A stretch of DNA of 64,000 bases from Anaerolineae bacterium (GTDB lineage: Bacteria > Chloroflexota > Anaerolineae > UBA1429), in the NCBI GenBank assembly GCA_963675785.1, contig OY776562.1, positions 288,001-352,000 on the forward strand. The letters are read 5' to 3'. Numbering within the stretch: position 1 is the first letter of the stretch; the number at the start of each line of letters is the position of its first letter. This document shows positions 28,585 through 38,120 of this stretch, piece after piece. A program made the translations under genes and the position numbers. Below the pieces are notes generated by a model that did no database searches, was not told the DNA's origin, and saw nothing but the letters and a program-made list of their open reading frames with translations.

Positions 28585-29781
28585 ATGATTAGCGAACGCG
28601 TAACCGGCCACCCCGAATGTAACGAACAGCTCTTGTATTTTACCTCCAATAGCCTGTTGGCTGACGACCAGCGACTGGTGATCATCAGTGACCGCACCGG
28701 CGATGTGAATTTGTTCGTGCGCGATATGGCTACTGGCGACGAGTGCCAACTGACGGATAACGCCGAGGGTTTCCTCAAATCCTATGTTTATTTTGAGGGC
28801 CGACCCTATCAGGGCTTGGGTCGGGCCAGTGTTAGCCTGGATGCCCAGCGTGGCATCGTCTATTACCTGCAGGGCCGCGAGATTCGCGCGACTGATATGG
28901 CCGGTAATACGCATACGTTGGCGCTCACGCCGGCGGGGCAGATGACGGCCTTTACCCACATCTCGGAGGATGGCACGCGACTGGTGGTGCCCACCACGGA
29001 CGCTTATGCTCTCGATGGCGAGGTGCAGTTGGCCGGTAAGCCTGAATACGACATTGACGAGCGCGTGCAGATGAACGGTCTCTCTTCCTATTTGCATGTA
29101 TATGATACCGCGTCGGGGCATGAGGTGGCCTGCGAAGCCGTACCGCGAAGTTGGATTACCCATGTGCAGTTTGCCCCGCTCGACCGTCACACCATTCTTT
29201 ATAATCACGAGTGGCCGGCTGATTGCGGAGTGCGCCGTGTGTGGTTGTGGGATGGTGCCACCCATCACATGCTTCGCCCAGAGAATGTGGCTGAGAGCCG
29301 CAGTCGCGAGGACTGGACCTGCCACGAAATGTGGGAGCGTGACGGCAGTTGGGTCATCTATCATGGCTCTTACGCTGGCGGTAGCGAATACGAGGACCGG
29401 ATCAGGCCCAACAGCGGCCGGGGATATTTGGGTCGTGTTCGCCCCGATGGCAGTGGTTTGCGCGAGATCGCCTTTCCCGAAGGGTGGACGCAGTATGGCC
29501 ACTTTACAGTAGGTCAACCCAATTGGTTGGTCAGCGATGGCTATTACCGGCAGGGTGAGAGCGCGGCGCATCAGGGTGAATGGATCTCACTATTGCACAT
29601 GGATTGGGAGGCCGGCGAGATCGAGTGGATCCCGCTGGAGAAGAGCGGCTCGAGCTGGGATTCGCAGGATTCTCACCCGCATCCGATATTCGACCATGCT
29701 GGTCGGGCGGTGTATTTCACCTCGGATCGCGAGGGCAAGCGGGCGGTCTATCGCATTGATGTCTCGCAGTACATAGATTGA
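28585..29781 (+). CDS. oligogalacturonate-lyase-like beta-propeller protein, paralog 1
   Basis: LLYFTSNS, HVQF, YNHE, CHEMW, HPHPIF...VYFTSDREG. Confidence 0.75.
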   Translation: MISERVTGHPECNEQLLYFTSNSLLADDQRLVIISDRTGDVNLFVRDMATGDECQLTDNAEGFLKSYVYFEGRPYQGLGRASVSLDAQRGIVYYLQGREIRATDMAGNTHTLALTPAGQMTAFTHISEDGTRLVVPTTDAYALDGEVQLAGKPEYDIDERVQMNGLSSYLHVYDTASGHEVACEAVPRSWITHVQFAPLDRHTILYNHEWPADCGVRRVWLWDGATHHMLRPENVAESRSREDWTCHEMWERDGSWVIYHGSYAGGSEYEDRIRPNSGRGYLGRVRPDGSGLREIAFPEGWTQYGHFTVGQPNWLVSDGYYRQGESAAHQGEWISLLHMDWEAGEIEWIPLEKSGSSWDSQDSHPHPIFDHAGRAVYFTSDREGKRAVYRIDVSQYID

Positions 29782-29870
29782 GGCAAGTACAGACGTTTGA
29801 CGTGCGTATAGCGCTTGGTTAGTCTGACGACAGTACACAGAATAGCCTGTGCCGTCATAGAGGGGAAAGT

Positions 29871-31034
29871 ATGAAAAGCGAACGCGTTAGTGGACATCCG
29901 GAATCCAATGAGCAGCTCTTGTATTTCACATCCAACAGTCTGTTGGCCGACGACCGGCGCATTGTGCTGATCAGCGACCGTACCGGCGACTATAATCTGT
30001 TTTTACGCGATATGATCACCGGTGATGAATGTCAGCTTACCGATAATCGTGAGGGGTTCCTCAAGTCGCATGTCTATTTTGACGGCCAACCCTACAGGGG
30101 GCTAGGGAGAGCCAGCGTCAGCCTGGATGGAGAGCGAGGCGTAGCCTATTACATCCAGGGGCGCGAGATTCGCGTGGTGGATATGCAGGGGAATATGCGT
30201 CCGTTCGCGCTGTTGCCAACTGAGCAAATGACTACCTTTACCCACGTCTCGGAGGACGGCACACGCCTGGTTGTGCCCACCACCGACGCCTATGCTCTGG
30301 ATGGCGATAATCTACTTGCTGGCAAGCCCGAATACGACATTGATGATCGTGTGCAGATGAACGGCCTTTCCTCTTATCTGCATATCTATGATACTGCGAC
30401 GGGGCGAGAAGTAGATTGCGTGATTGTGCCACGATGCTGGATCAGCCACGCTCAGTTTGCCCCGCTCGACCGAGGAACGCTGCTCTATAACCATGAGTGG
30501 CCTTCGGATTGTGGCGTACGGCGCATGTGGTTATGGGATGGTGCCAAGCATCTTATGCTTCGCCCAGAGAATCTGGCGGAGGGGCGCAGTCGTGGAGATT
30601 GGACTTGCCACGAAATGTGGGAGCGCGATGGTCTATCAATCATTTACCACGGCACCTATGTAGATGGGCGAGGCTATGTGGGGCGAGTGCGCCCCGATGG
30701 CAGCGATCTGCGCGAGATCACTTTCCCCGATGGTTGGACGCAGTATGGTCACTTTACGGTGGGTCAGCCTAATTGGCTGGTTACCGATGGCTATTATCGG
30801 CAAGAGGGCGATGGCACTGGTGAACATGGCGAATGGATTGCCCTATTGCACATGGATTGGGATGCTGGCAAAATCGACTGGATCCCCCTGGAAAAGAGCG
30901 GCTCGAGCTGGGGTTCGCAGGATGCCCATCCGCATCCCATTTTCGATCATGCCGGTCGGGCGGTATATTTCACCTCAGACCGCGGGGGCAAACGGGCGGC
31001 CTACCGTATCGATATTTCTCAATACGTCGGCTAG
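29871..31034 (+). CDS. oligogalacturonate-lyase-like beta-propeller protein, paralog 2
   Basis: colinear, highly similar tandem copy of the previous gene. Confidence 0.75.
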   Translation: MKSERVSGHPESNEQLLYFTSNSLLADDRRIVLISDRTGDYNLFLRDMITGDECQLTDNREGFLKSHVYFDGQPYRGLGRASVSLDGERGVAYYIQGREIRVVDMQGNMRPFALLPTEQMTTFTHVSEDGTRLVVPTTDAYALDGDNLLAGKPEYDIDDRVQMNGLSSYLHIYDTATGREVDCVIVPRCWISHAQFAPLDRGTLLYNHEWPSDCGVRRMWLWDGAKHLMLRPENLAEGRSRGDWTCHEMWERDGLSIIYHGTYVDGRGYVGRVRPDGSDLREITFPDGWTQYGHFTVGQPNWLVTDGYYRQEGDGTGEHGEWIALLHMDWDAGKIDWIPLEKSGSSWGSQDAHPHPIFDHAGRAVYFTSDRGGKRAAYRIDISQYVG

Positions 31035-31092
31035 GGTGTTTGGGCTAACAAAAAGGGCGGCATTTTGTCGCCCTTTCTTTTTGCATTAGAAC

Positions 31093-31120
31093 TTGATACC
31101 TGTACGGGGTATGGTATAAT
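31093..31120 (+). promoter_or_regulatory. promoter with CsoR-like operator between -35 and -10
   Basis: TTGATA-N16-TATAAT overlapping ATACCTGTACGGGGTAT. Confidence 0.65.
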
Positions 31121-31153
31121 AGATCGGTTGTGTTTTTTGATGGAGGTGAACCG

Positions 31154-31336
31154 TTGAGCGTTTCAATTGCGAGCAATCGTTGTCCTCAGGACCATCGTTG
31201 TCCTTCTGTTCGCGTTTGCCCGGTAGGGGCCTTAAGTCAGGCGGGGAATGCAGCCCCTGTCGTCGATGAGGAAAAGTGTATCGACTGCAAGCGCTGTGTC
31301 ATGACTTGCCCTTACGGTGTGTTTCGTGAACGTTAG
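31154..31336 (+). CDS. small 4Fe-4S ferredoxin
   Basis: CPQDHRCP....CP and CIDCKRC...CP; GGAGGTG RBS before TTG. Confidence 0.85.
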   Translation: MSVSIASNRCPQDHRCPSVRVCPVGALSQAGNAAPVVDEEKCIDCKRCVMTCPYGVFRER

Positions 31337-32343
31337 GCTTCGTCCAGCGCTGTGGAATCTTTGATGTAGGCTCCCATCTGCTCGACGGCTTTGCGAGCTT
31401 CAGGCACCAGCAAGGCATAGGCAGGCCACACGTGCCACATGCCTTTGCCGACGATGAAATGTGTTTTTACGCCTTCAGCGCGTAGCTGCTCGACGAGCCG
31501 CCGTGAGTCATCAAAGAGGATGCCTTCGGTACCAGCCAGCACCAATGTCGGCGGCAGGTTATTCAGGTCGGCATACAAGGGCGAGATGAGTGGATTCCAG
31601 ACCGGCAAGCCATCAGCATAAATCTGGCCCCGTTTTAGTAGGTCGTCACCTGATAAAACGGGGTCGCGCTGCCTCATCGTAGTATAGGTGGAGCCCGTGC
31701 CCAGCAGATCAGTCCATGGGGACATGAGCACGGCTTTAGAAGGTAGGGGCAGATCAGCTTCTTTACAGGCTACCAAAAGTGCAAGTGAGAGCCCGCCGCC
31801 AGCCGAATCGCCCACCAGGCTGATATTTTCGGGTTTGTAACCCAGATCCAACAGCCAGCCATAGGCGTAAATAGCGTCACTAAGCCCAGCGGGGAAGGGG
31901 TGTTCGGGAGCCAACGAATACTCTACAAACAAAGCGCGGCAACCTGAGGCTTCACAAATACGCGGCACCAAGTCGGTGTACATCTGCATACTGCCAGCGC
32001 TATAAGCGCCGCCATGTAAATAAAGGATGACGCGCTCTTCGCAGGGCTTGCCCCTGGGCACCACCCAGTAACAACGGGGCTGCTCCAAAGAGCTTCGGCG
32101 GATTTCACCACTTGTGGGAATGAGGTATTGCACAGTACTGCTGAGCTGTCGTTTGGTGCGGATCGAAGTGCTGGCCAGCGGCCGATAGAGATAACGCAAT
32201 AAGGCATAGACGATGCGTGCCCTGAGACTGGGACGTAGGGCGCCAAGCGCCTCTAGCACAAACAACCCTAATCCAATGCGGGTAGCATAGCGCCCCATAT
32301 CGGCAGAACGTCCCTCGGCCCCGGCGGCATTATCCAAGGCCAT
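31333..32343 (-). CDS. alpha/beta hydrolase (HSL-family esterase/lipase)
   Basis: HGGAY, LAPEHPFPA, GDSAGG, GMWHVW. Confidence 0.9.
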   Translation of the reverse strand: MALDNAAGAEGRSADMGRYATRIGLGLFVLEALGALRPSLRARIVYALLRYLYRPLASTSIRTKRQLSSTVQYLIPTSGEIRRSSLEQPRCYWVVPRGKPCEERVILYLHGGAYSAGSMQMYTDLVPRICEASGCRALFVEYSLAPEHPFPAGLSDAIYAYGWLLDLGYKPENISLVGDSAGGGLSLALLVACKEADLPLPSKAVLMSPWTDLLGTGSTYTTMRQRDPVLSGDDLLKRGQIYADGLPVWNPLISPLYADLNNLPPTLVLAGTEGILFDDSRRLVEQLRAEGVKTHFIVGKGMWHVWPAYALLVPEARKAVEQMGAYIKDSTALDEA

Positions 32344-32977
32344 GGCGTATGGCGTAGAGTGCGGCCTGGACGCGGTCGCGCAGGCCTAGCTGGCTGAGGA
32401 TGCTGGAAACGTGATTCTTGACGGTGCCTTCGCTCAAGTAAAGTTCTTGGGCGATCTCTTTGTTCGAGGCGCCGGTGCCCAGTAATCTCAACACCTGCAG
32501 CTCGCGATCGGTAAGGCTTGTCGGAATGTCTTCAGGACGTTGATCACTGCTGGCTGGCGTCAATCTATCTATCAACATACCAGCGATAGAAGGGGCCAAC
32601 TGGGAGATGCCCGCATAGGTGAGCCGCACAGCCTGGGCAAGCTCAGCAACGGGAATGTCTTTGAGAAGATAGCCGTTGGCTCCAGCGCGCAGAGAACGTA
32701 CGATGTATTCCTCATCGTCGAACGTTGTCAGCATGAGGATTTTGCAATCGGGCAATATAACCTGGATGCGCTCTGTTGCCTGGATGCCATCCATTTTGGG
32801 CATGCGAATATCCATCAGGATGACGTCGGGGCGTTGCTTTGCAGCTTGATTGACGGCTTGTTGACCATCCGCTGCTGTGCCAATGACACTGACGCCCTCT
32901 TGGATATCCAAAAGGGAGGCAATGCCTTCGCGCACGAGCTGTTGATCGTCGACGATCAAAACACGGATGTCTGTCAT
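32330..32977 (-). CDS. NarL/LuxR-family response regulator
   Basis: receiver + LTDRE..VL..L..GASNKEIA..LYLSEGTVKNHVS. Confidence 0.93.
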   Translation of the reverse strand: MTDIRVLIVDDQQLVREGIASLLDIQEGVSVIGTAADGQQAVNQAAKQRPDVILMDIRMPKMDGIQATERIQVILPDCKILMLTTFDDEEYIVRSLRAGANGYLLKDIPVAELAQAVRLTYAGISQLAPSIAGMLIDRLTPASSDQRPEDIPTSLTDRELQVLRLLGTGASNKEIAQELYLSEGTVKNHVSSILSQLGLRDRVQAALYAIRHGLG

Positions 32978-32999
32978 GGTTTTCCCTGGGGGAATGTGG

Positions 33000-34247
33000 C
33001 TACGGATGAGTCACTCTGGGTATGGTGGCGGTGATTGTGCTGCCTTTGGGGGAACTCTGAATATCCAACTTACCCTGCAGCAATTCTACTCGCTCTTTGA
33101 TTCCTCGCAACCCAAAGCTACGATCCTGTGCACGCGCTTTTTGCGGATCAAAACCTTTGCCATCATCGGTAAGGCAGAGGTAGGCGTTTTCTTCGCCGAA
33201 TGTCACTGATAGAGAGATGTGATGAGCGTCGGCGTGTTTAAGGATGTTGGTAATGCCCTCTTGCGCCGCTCGGTAGAGCGTCATCAATACAGATTGGCTG
33301 TAGCGCGTTTCCTCACCTTTGATGGTAATCTGCGTGTCATATTGTTCCTGATCCAGAGCGCGCAACAGGTTCGTCAGCGATTCTTTGAAAGAGAATTGAT
33401 TTTCTGAATTACGCAGGGCACTCACGGATTCACGCACATCTTGCAACGCCTCCGATGCGGCCTGCCGGGCATCCTTGACAGCTTGCATAGCTTCGTCCAT
33501 ATCGCGATCTCGATAGACAAGGGCCTTTTCCAATTGGATGGAGATAGCTGTCAAATAGTGCCCCAGCGAATCGTGAATATCGCGAGCCATACGGTTTCGT
33601 TCTTCAGCAGCTGCCAACTCGACAACCTGTTCAGCATAGGCCTGCAAGGCCATGTTGGAGAGCTGCAGGTCATTGAGCAGGTGCTCGGTATAGCGTTGAT
33701 AGTGCTCGTTACGCTTGAGCAGATACCCCATCACCGTGGCAAAGCTCATGGCGTAGGCCAGGGTAATGAAATCGACAGGTGGCGGATTGAAGGATACTCC
33801 CAGTGTTGTGGCATAGATATACAGGTACCCCGCTGTCAGCAGGATGCCTGGGAGAAGACCGAGTGAAAAAACTGCTGAAAAAGGCACAATAGTCGCTAAA
33901 AAAAGCGAAGCGGTGCTCCCATCGAGAAATTGAATCACTTCGACGAAAATGATGCGTAACAAGAGATAACCCACACGTCCGCCAAAGGTAACACCATCAG
34001 GAGAGCGTTTGCGTTCATCGGTCTCAATGGCAACAAGGGGCACAAAGGCCAAAGCAAGGGCAATATCCCAAAGGATGCTTTCTTGGTTAATGGGGATGGT
34101 GACGTTTTGGATCATCGTAAGGAACCAGATGATGCCAATGATAGCCAGGGAGAACGCAAAACGAGTCGATCTGCCAAAAGAAGCTTTTCTATTCCACAAC
34201 AGGCGATTTTGTACTTTCATCCGTTCCGACCGATCTGCCATGCGCAC
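33000..34247 (-). CDS. membrane sensor histidine kinase (HisKA_3, DesK-like)
   Basis: multiple TMs, ERNRMARDIHDSLGH, QEGITNILKHA, DDGKGF. Confidence 0.92.
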   Translation of the reverse strand: MRMADRSERMKVQNRLLWNRKASFGRSTRFAFSLAIIGIIWFLTMIQNVTIPINQESILWDIALALAFVPLVAIETDERKRSPDGVTFGGRVGYLLLRIIFVEVIQFLDGSTASLFLATIVPFSAVFSLGLLPGILLTAGYLYIYATTLGVSFNPPPVDFITLAYAMSFATVMGYLLKRNEHYQRYTEHLLNDLQLSNMALQAYAEQVVELAAAEERNRMARDIHDSLGHYLTAISIQLEKALVYRDRDMDEAMQAVKDARQAASEALQDVRESVSALRNSENQFSFKESLTNLLRALDQEQYDTQITIKGEETRYSQSVLMTLYRAAQEGITNILKHADAHHISLSVTFGEENAYLCLTDDGKGFDPQKARAQDRSFGLRGIKERVELLQGKLDIQSSPKGSTITATIPRVTHP

Positions 34248-34310
34248 ATAAACCCATTATCCAGAGTTTAGTCTTTTGAGACAAGTATTTTCAAGGGGGT
34301 GTGCCCCGAA

Positions 34311-34340
34311 CATGACTAAAGACACGTGTCTTGAGTCATG
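34311..34340. promoter_or_regulatory. 30-bp near-perfect palindrome in the divergent HK/plsC intergenic region
   Basis: CATGACTAAAGACACGTGTCTTGAGTCATG. Confidence 0.6.
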
Positions 34341-34467
34341 AAGACAACTTGAGAACGTGACTCGACTGATGTCGATTGACACTATTGTTAAGGGCTCGGG
34401 TGCTTTATGCTTTGGGGGTGAGCGGTAACCGTTTTGTCCGGATCAAAGGACTGAAAGCAAGTTTGGA

Positions 34468-35208
34468 GTGAACATGACCGGAGAGGGTATGCTCTATCGC
34501 ATCACCAGAGTGTTAGCGAGGCTCTATACGCGCATCTTTCTCGATATGGATGTGGTTTGGGAAAGCAATGTTCCTCAGGGGCCGCGTATCTTTGTGGCTA
34601 ACCATCCCAGCACAACAGATCCCTTTTACCTGGCTATGTTGGTCAACAGCCCTTCCCATGTGTTGGTTTTCTCCAGCGCATTTGAGCTAAAATTCTGGGG
34701 CAAGCTCCTGCTCAAGTTGGGGCACATCCCGGTCTATAAAGATAACGGGCATGCGGCTTATGATGCTGCAATTCAGGCACTGAAACGAGGAGAGACCGTC
34801 ATTCTCTTCCCAGAAGGGCGTATCAGCCCCGTTGAGGGCGGCTTTTATTCATCCAAGAGCGGTGCGGCAAGAATGGCTCTCGAAACCGGCGCTCCGGTGA
34901 TCCCGGCAGGTATTGCTTTCCCTTGGGGAAATGTGCGTTCTTCACAGGCAGATATTGCGGGTACGTCATGTGAGGCCCGATTACTGCTTAAGGGGGCCTA
35001 CAACATGACCGTGGGGCAACCGCTTTATCTAAAGGGCAATGTGGATGACCGCGCTGATGTGGTTCGTGCCCGAGATGAGATTATGACACACATTGGGAGG
35101 CTCTCTGAGCAGAGCAGATGGCGCCTTGGCATGCGCCACATGCAGTGGGATGCCCTGCCCGGTGCCGAGTTCCTGCTTCGTTTTGTTACCAGACTTGCTT
35201 CACGCTAG
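34468..35208 (+). CDS. lysophospholipid / 1-acyl-sn-glycerol-3-phosphate acyltransferase (PlsC family)
   Basis: NHPSTTD, FPEGR, VIPAGI. Confidence 0.88.
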   Translation: MNMTGEGMLYRITRVLARLYTRIFLDMDVVWESNVPQGPRIFVANHPSTTDPFYLAMLVNSPSHVLVFSSAFELKFWGKLLLKLGHIPVYKDNGHAAYDAAIQALKRGETVILFPEGRISPVEGGFYSSKSGAARMALETGAPVIPAGIAFPWGNVRSSQADIAGTSCEARLLLKGAYNMTVGQPLYLKGNVDDRADVVRARDEIMTHIGRLSEQSRWRLGMRHMQWDALPGAEFLLRFVTRLASR

Positions 35209-35259
35209 CTTATAAGCAAAAGAGCCGCCCCCAAAAGGGCGGCTCTTTTTTGTTCTTGT

Positions 35260-36183
35260 CTATTTAAAGATGCTTTTGGGCATATAGAGGGAGACGCCAA
35301 AGTTGGGTGCATCTACAATCTGGCTGATCTTGAGATCAGCCGCCACGCTGCAAAGAGCATAGGCTTCGGCGGGTTCCAACTTGTGGTGCTCAACCAGATG
35401 ATCAATCATATATCGTACAGCATTCTGGGCTGCGGCAAAAAGGTCATTGCCGAGGGATGTCGTGCAATAATAACCAGCAGAGTCGGCTGCGGTCAGTGGC
35501 GAGGCGACTGTAAAACGCGGCTCGGCAAAATTAGCCTCTTTAAGAAGGGTGAACCTGAGTGTGACATCATAGTCAGATTCGATGCCTGTGCCACACACTT
35601 CGCCATCTCCTTGGGCAGCATGTGCATCACCGCAACAGAATAAGGCACCCTCTCTAAAAACAGGCAAATAGAGCGTTGAGCCCGCCTTGAGGCCGCGCGT
35701 ATCCAGATTGCCACCGTGCACATCAGGCACCGGTGTTGGCATAGGGCCATCGGTTGCTGGGGCGACGCCCATTTCGCCACAGAATGGTTCAACGGGTACG
35801 TGGATCCCCGACTTGAATTCGGTCCTTGCTCCACCCAGTTCCCAGATTTTGAGATAAGGATCGGCAAAGTCATCGGCCAACAAGCCAAAACCGGGAATAA
35901 TGCCGGTCCAGCCCCAGCCTTTATCGGCAAAACTCAGGATCTCGACCGCTAGTGCGTCACCTGGTTTGGCGCCTTTGACATAAACTGGGCCCGTTAGCGG
36001 GTTGACGCCAGCAAAGTCAAGTTTGCCAATCGCCTCTGCAGTATCCCCCGGTTTTACCTGGGCACCAGAGGCTTCGAGACATTCGATGGTCACCGTATCG
36101 CCTGGTTCAATTTCCAATCGTGGTTCATTGGCTGCATCCCAGGCATACTGCACTGTTTCTTTAGAGAGATAGTACTCGCTCAT
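35260..36183 (-). CDS. acetamidase/formamidase family protein
   Basis: NPLTGPVYV.GAKPGD, GGNLD, GDAHAAQGDGEVCG; ATG 36183 with GGGAGG RBS. Confidence 0.92.
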   Translation of the reverse strand: MSEYYLSKETVQYAWDAANEPRLEIEPGDTVTIECLEASGAQVKPGDTAEAIGKLDFAGVNPLTGPVYVKGAKPGDALAVEILSFADKGWGWTGIIPGFGLLADDFADPYLKIWELGGARTEFKSGIHVPVEPFCGEMGVAPATDGPMPTPVPDVHGGNLDTRGLKAGSTLYLPVFREGALFCCGDAHAAQGDGEVCGTGIESDYDVTLRFTLLKEANFAEPRFTVASPLTAADSAGYYCTTSLGNDLFAAAQNAVRYMIDHLVEHHKLEPAEAYALCSVAADLKISQIVDAPNFGVSLYMPKSIFK

Positions 36184-36185
36184 TG

Positions 36186-37118
36186 TCAGTTTCCTCCCTG
36201 CTGAGCGCGAATTCGAGGATCTACTAGGCCCTGGATGATATCGAGCATGATGCTGCTGATAACCACAAGTAGAGCAGTAAAGATCACAGTCCCCATAATT
36301 AGGGGAATATCTACTTGCATGATGGCCTGAACCGCCATACGTCCAATACCTGGCCAGGCAAACACTTGCTCCACCAGCACCACGCCACCGACGAACCATG
36401 GGATATCCATGCAGGCCATGGTGATGATGGGGTTGAGTGCGTTAGGGATGACGTGTCGTAAAAGCACAACCCTTTTGGATAGGCCCTTGGCGTGTGCAGT
36501 GCGCACATAGTGCGCCGTGATCACATCCAGTGTACTGGATCGGGCCATTCTTGCATACCAGGCGGCACCTCCCAGCCCGGCTGTAATTGCGGGAAGGACC
36601 AAATGCAGCACGGTGCCGGCACCGCCAATAGGAAAGATGGGTATCTTGAATGAGAACCAGTAGATGAGCATCAATCCAAGCCAAAAGGAGGGTGCGGACA
36701 CACCCAGCAGTGCAAAGAACATGCCAGCTCGATCAAAAAAGGAGTACTGTTTGATGGCGCTGATCATGCCAATGGGCACGCCGATGAGAATCTCGACTAG
36801 GATACCCCCAAGTATTAGCTCCAGCGTATAGGGCAGTCGCTCCAAAATGGCCTGTGTGACCGGCATCTGTAAATCGTACGAAAAGCCCAGATCTCCCTGC
36901 AAAGCCCGGCCCACATATCGGATATACTGCTCCCAAAGTGGATCGTTCAACCCCAGTTCCTCACGAATACTGGCTACTGTTTCAACAGAGGCATTTGGCC
37001 CGGCATACATGCGGGCGGGATCGGCTGGCAGGTAGTAAATTAGTATGAATGTGAGTAACGAGATACCAAATAGTACGGGCACCGCCTGTAGCAGGCGGCG
37101 TGCGATGAGTTTAAACAT
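36186..37118 (-). CDS. peptide/nickel-type ABC permease (DppB/OppB-like)
   Basis: GDLGFS, YVRTAHAKGL, VEQVFAWPGIG. Confidence 0.92.
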   Translation of the reverse strand: MFKLIARRLLQAVPVLFGISLLTFILIYYLPADPARMYAGPNASVETVASIREELGLNDPLWEQYIRYVGRALQGDLGFSYDLQMPVTQAILERLPYTLELILGGILVEILIGVPIGMISAIKQYSFFDRAGMFFALLGVSAPSFWLGLMLIYWFSFKIPIFPIGGAGTVLHLVLPAITAGLGGAAWYARMARSSTLDVITAHYVRTAHAKGLSKRVVLLRHVIPNALNPIITMACMDIPWFVGGVVLVEQVFAWPGIGRMAVQAIMQVDIPLIMGTVIFTALLVVISSIMLDIIQGLVDPRIRAQQGGN

Positions 37119-37126
37119 GGCGCCTC

Positions 37127-38050
37127 CTACTTGCGCTGAATGGGGTCAAGGGCGTCTCGCAGCCCATCACCAACGAGGTTAAAAGCAAATACCGTGATCA
37201 TGATGGCGATGCCTGGAAACAGGATCATCCATGGAGCGTAGCGATAATACGGCTGTCCCTGTTGGATCATCTGTCCCCACGATGGCGTTGGCGGCTGAAC
37301 CCCGATTCCTAGATAGCTCAAAGATGCTTCGAGCATGACATTTGTAGCGATGCCCAACGTGCCCCATACGATCATGGTACTGATAAGATGAGGCATGATG
37401 TGCTTGATGAGGATTCTACCCTTGCGCGCACCCAAGGATATGGCAGCCAGAACATATTCTTGCTCTTTGAGGGCAAGAACCTGGCCATAGACCACGCGGG
37501 CTATCCACGTCCAATAGACCAATCCAATCACCAGAATGATGATCCAAAGGCTGGGGCTGAGAATAGCCACCAGCGCGATCGCCAGAAGCAGTGTGGGAAA
37601 AGCCATCATGATGTCGGTAAAGCGCATCAGAATGATTTCGATCCACCCGCCAAAGAACGCTGCGCTGGCACCAATCAGGGTGCCAATGGCTACTGCAACC
37701 AGGTTTGCCAGCACGCCAACCATAATGCTGACCCGTGCACCATAGATGATCCGGCTCAACAGATCTCGTCCAAGAGCATCGGTGCCGAGAATGAACTGGG
37801 TGCTTTCTGGCAGTGTGCTTGATAAGGGCAACCCCATCTCAGAAAGGCCTTCAATGTATTGAGTGGTAGGATCGTGTGGGGCAATGAGTGGCGCCAGGAT
37901 GGCTGTAAGGGTCAGGATGATGACAAGAAAGGCGCCTACAAGGGCCATTTTGTCGCGTTTGAAACGACGCCAGGCAATAGCGGTTTGTGATTGTTGCTGC
38001 CGTTTGATTTTTGAGAACTCGTCTAGCTCTTTTGTTTCTGCTGCTACCAT
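37127..38050 (-). CDS. peptide/nickel-type ABC permease (DppC/OppC-like)
   Basis: LGTDALGRD, EASLSYLG.G.QPPTPSWG, GDGLRDALDP. Confidence 0.92.
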   Translation of the reverse strand: MVAAETKELDEFSKIKRQQQSQTAIAWRRFKRDKMALVGAFLVIILTLTAILAPLIAPHDPTTQYIEGLSEMGLPLSSTLPESTQFILGTDALGRDLLSRIIYGARVSIMVGVLANLVAVAIGTLIGASAAFFGGWIEIILMRFTDIMMAFPTLLLAIALVAILSPSLWIIILVIGLVYWTWIARVVYGQVLALKEQEYVLAAISLGARKGRILIKHIMPHLISTMIVWGTLGIATNVMLEASLSYLGIGVQPPTPSWGQMIQQGQPYYRYAPWMILFPGIAIMITVFAFNLVGDGLRDALDPIQRK

Positions 38051-38120
38051 ATATCACTCCAACTAGAACTAGAACGCGGGCGCCGTGGTGTTGATACGGC
38101 GCCCGCGCTTTGTGCGGCGT

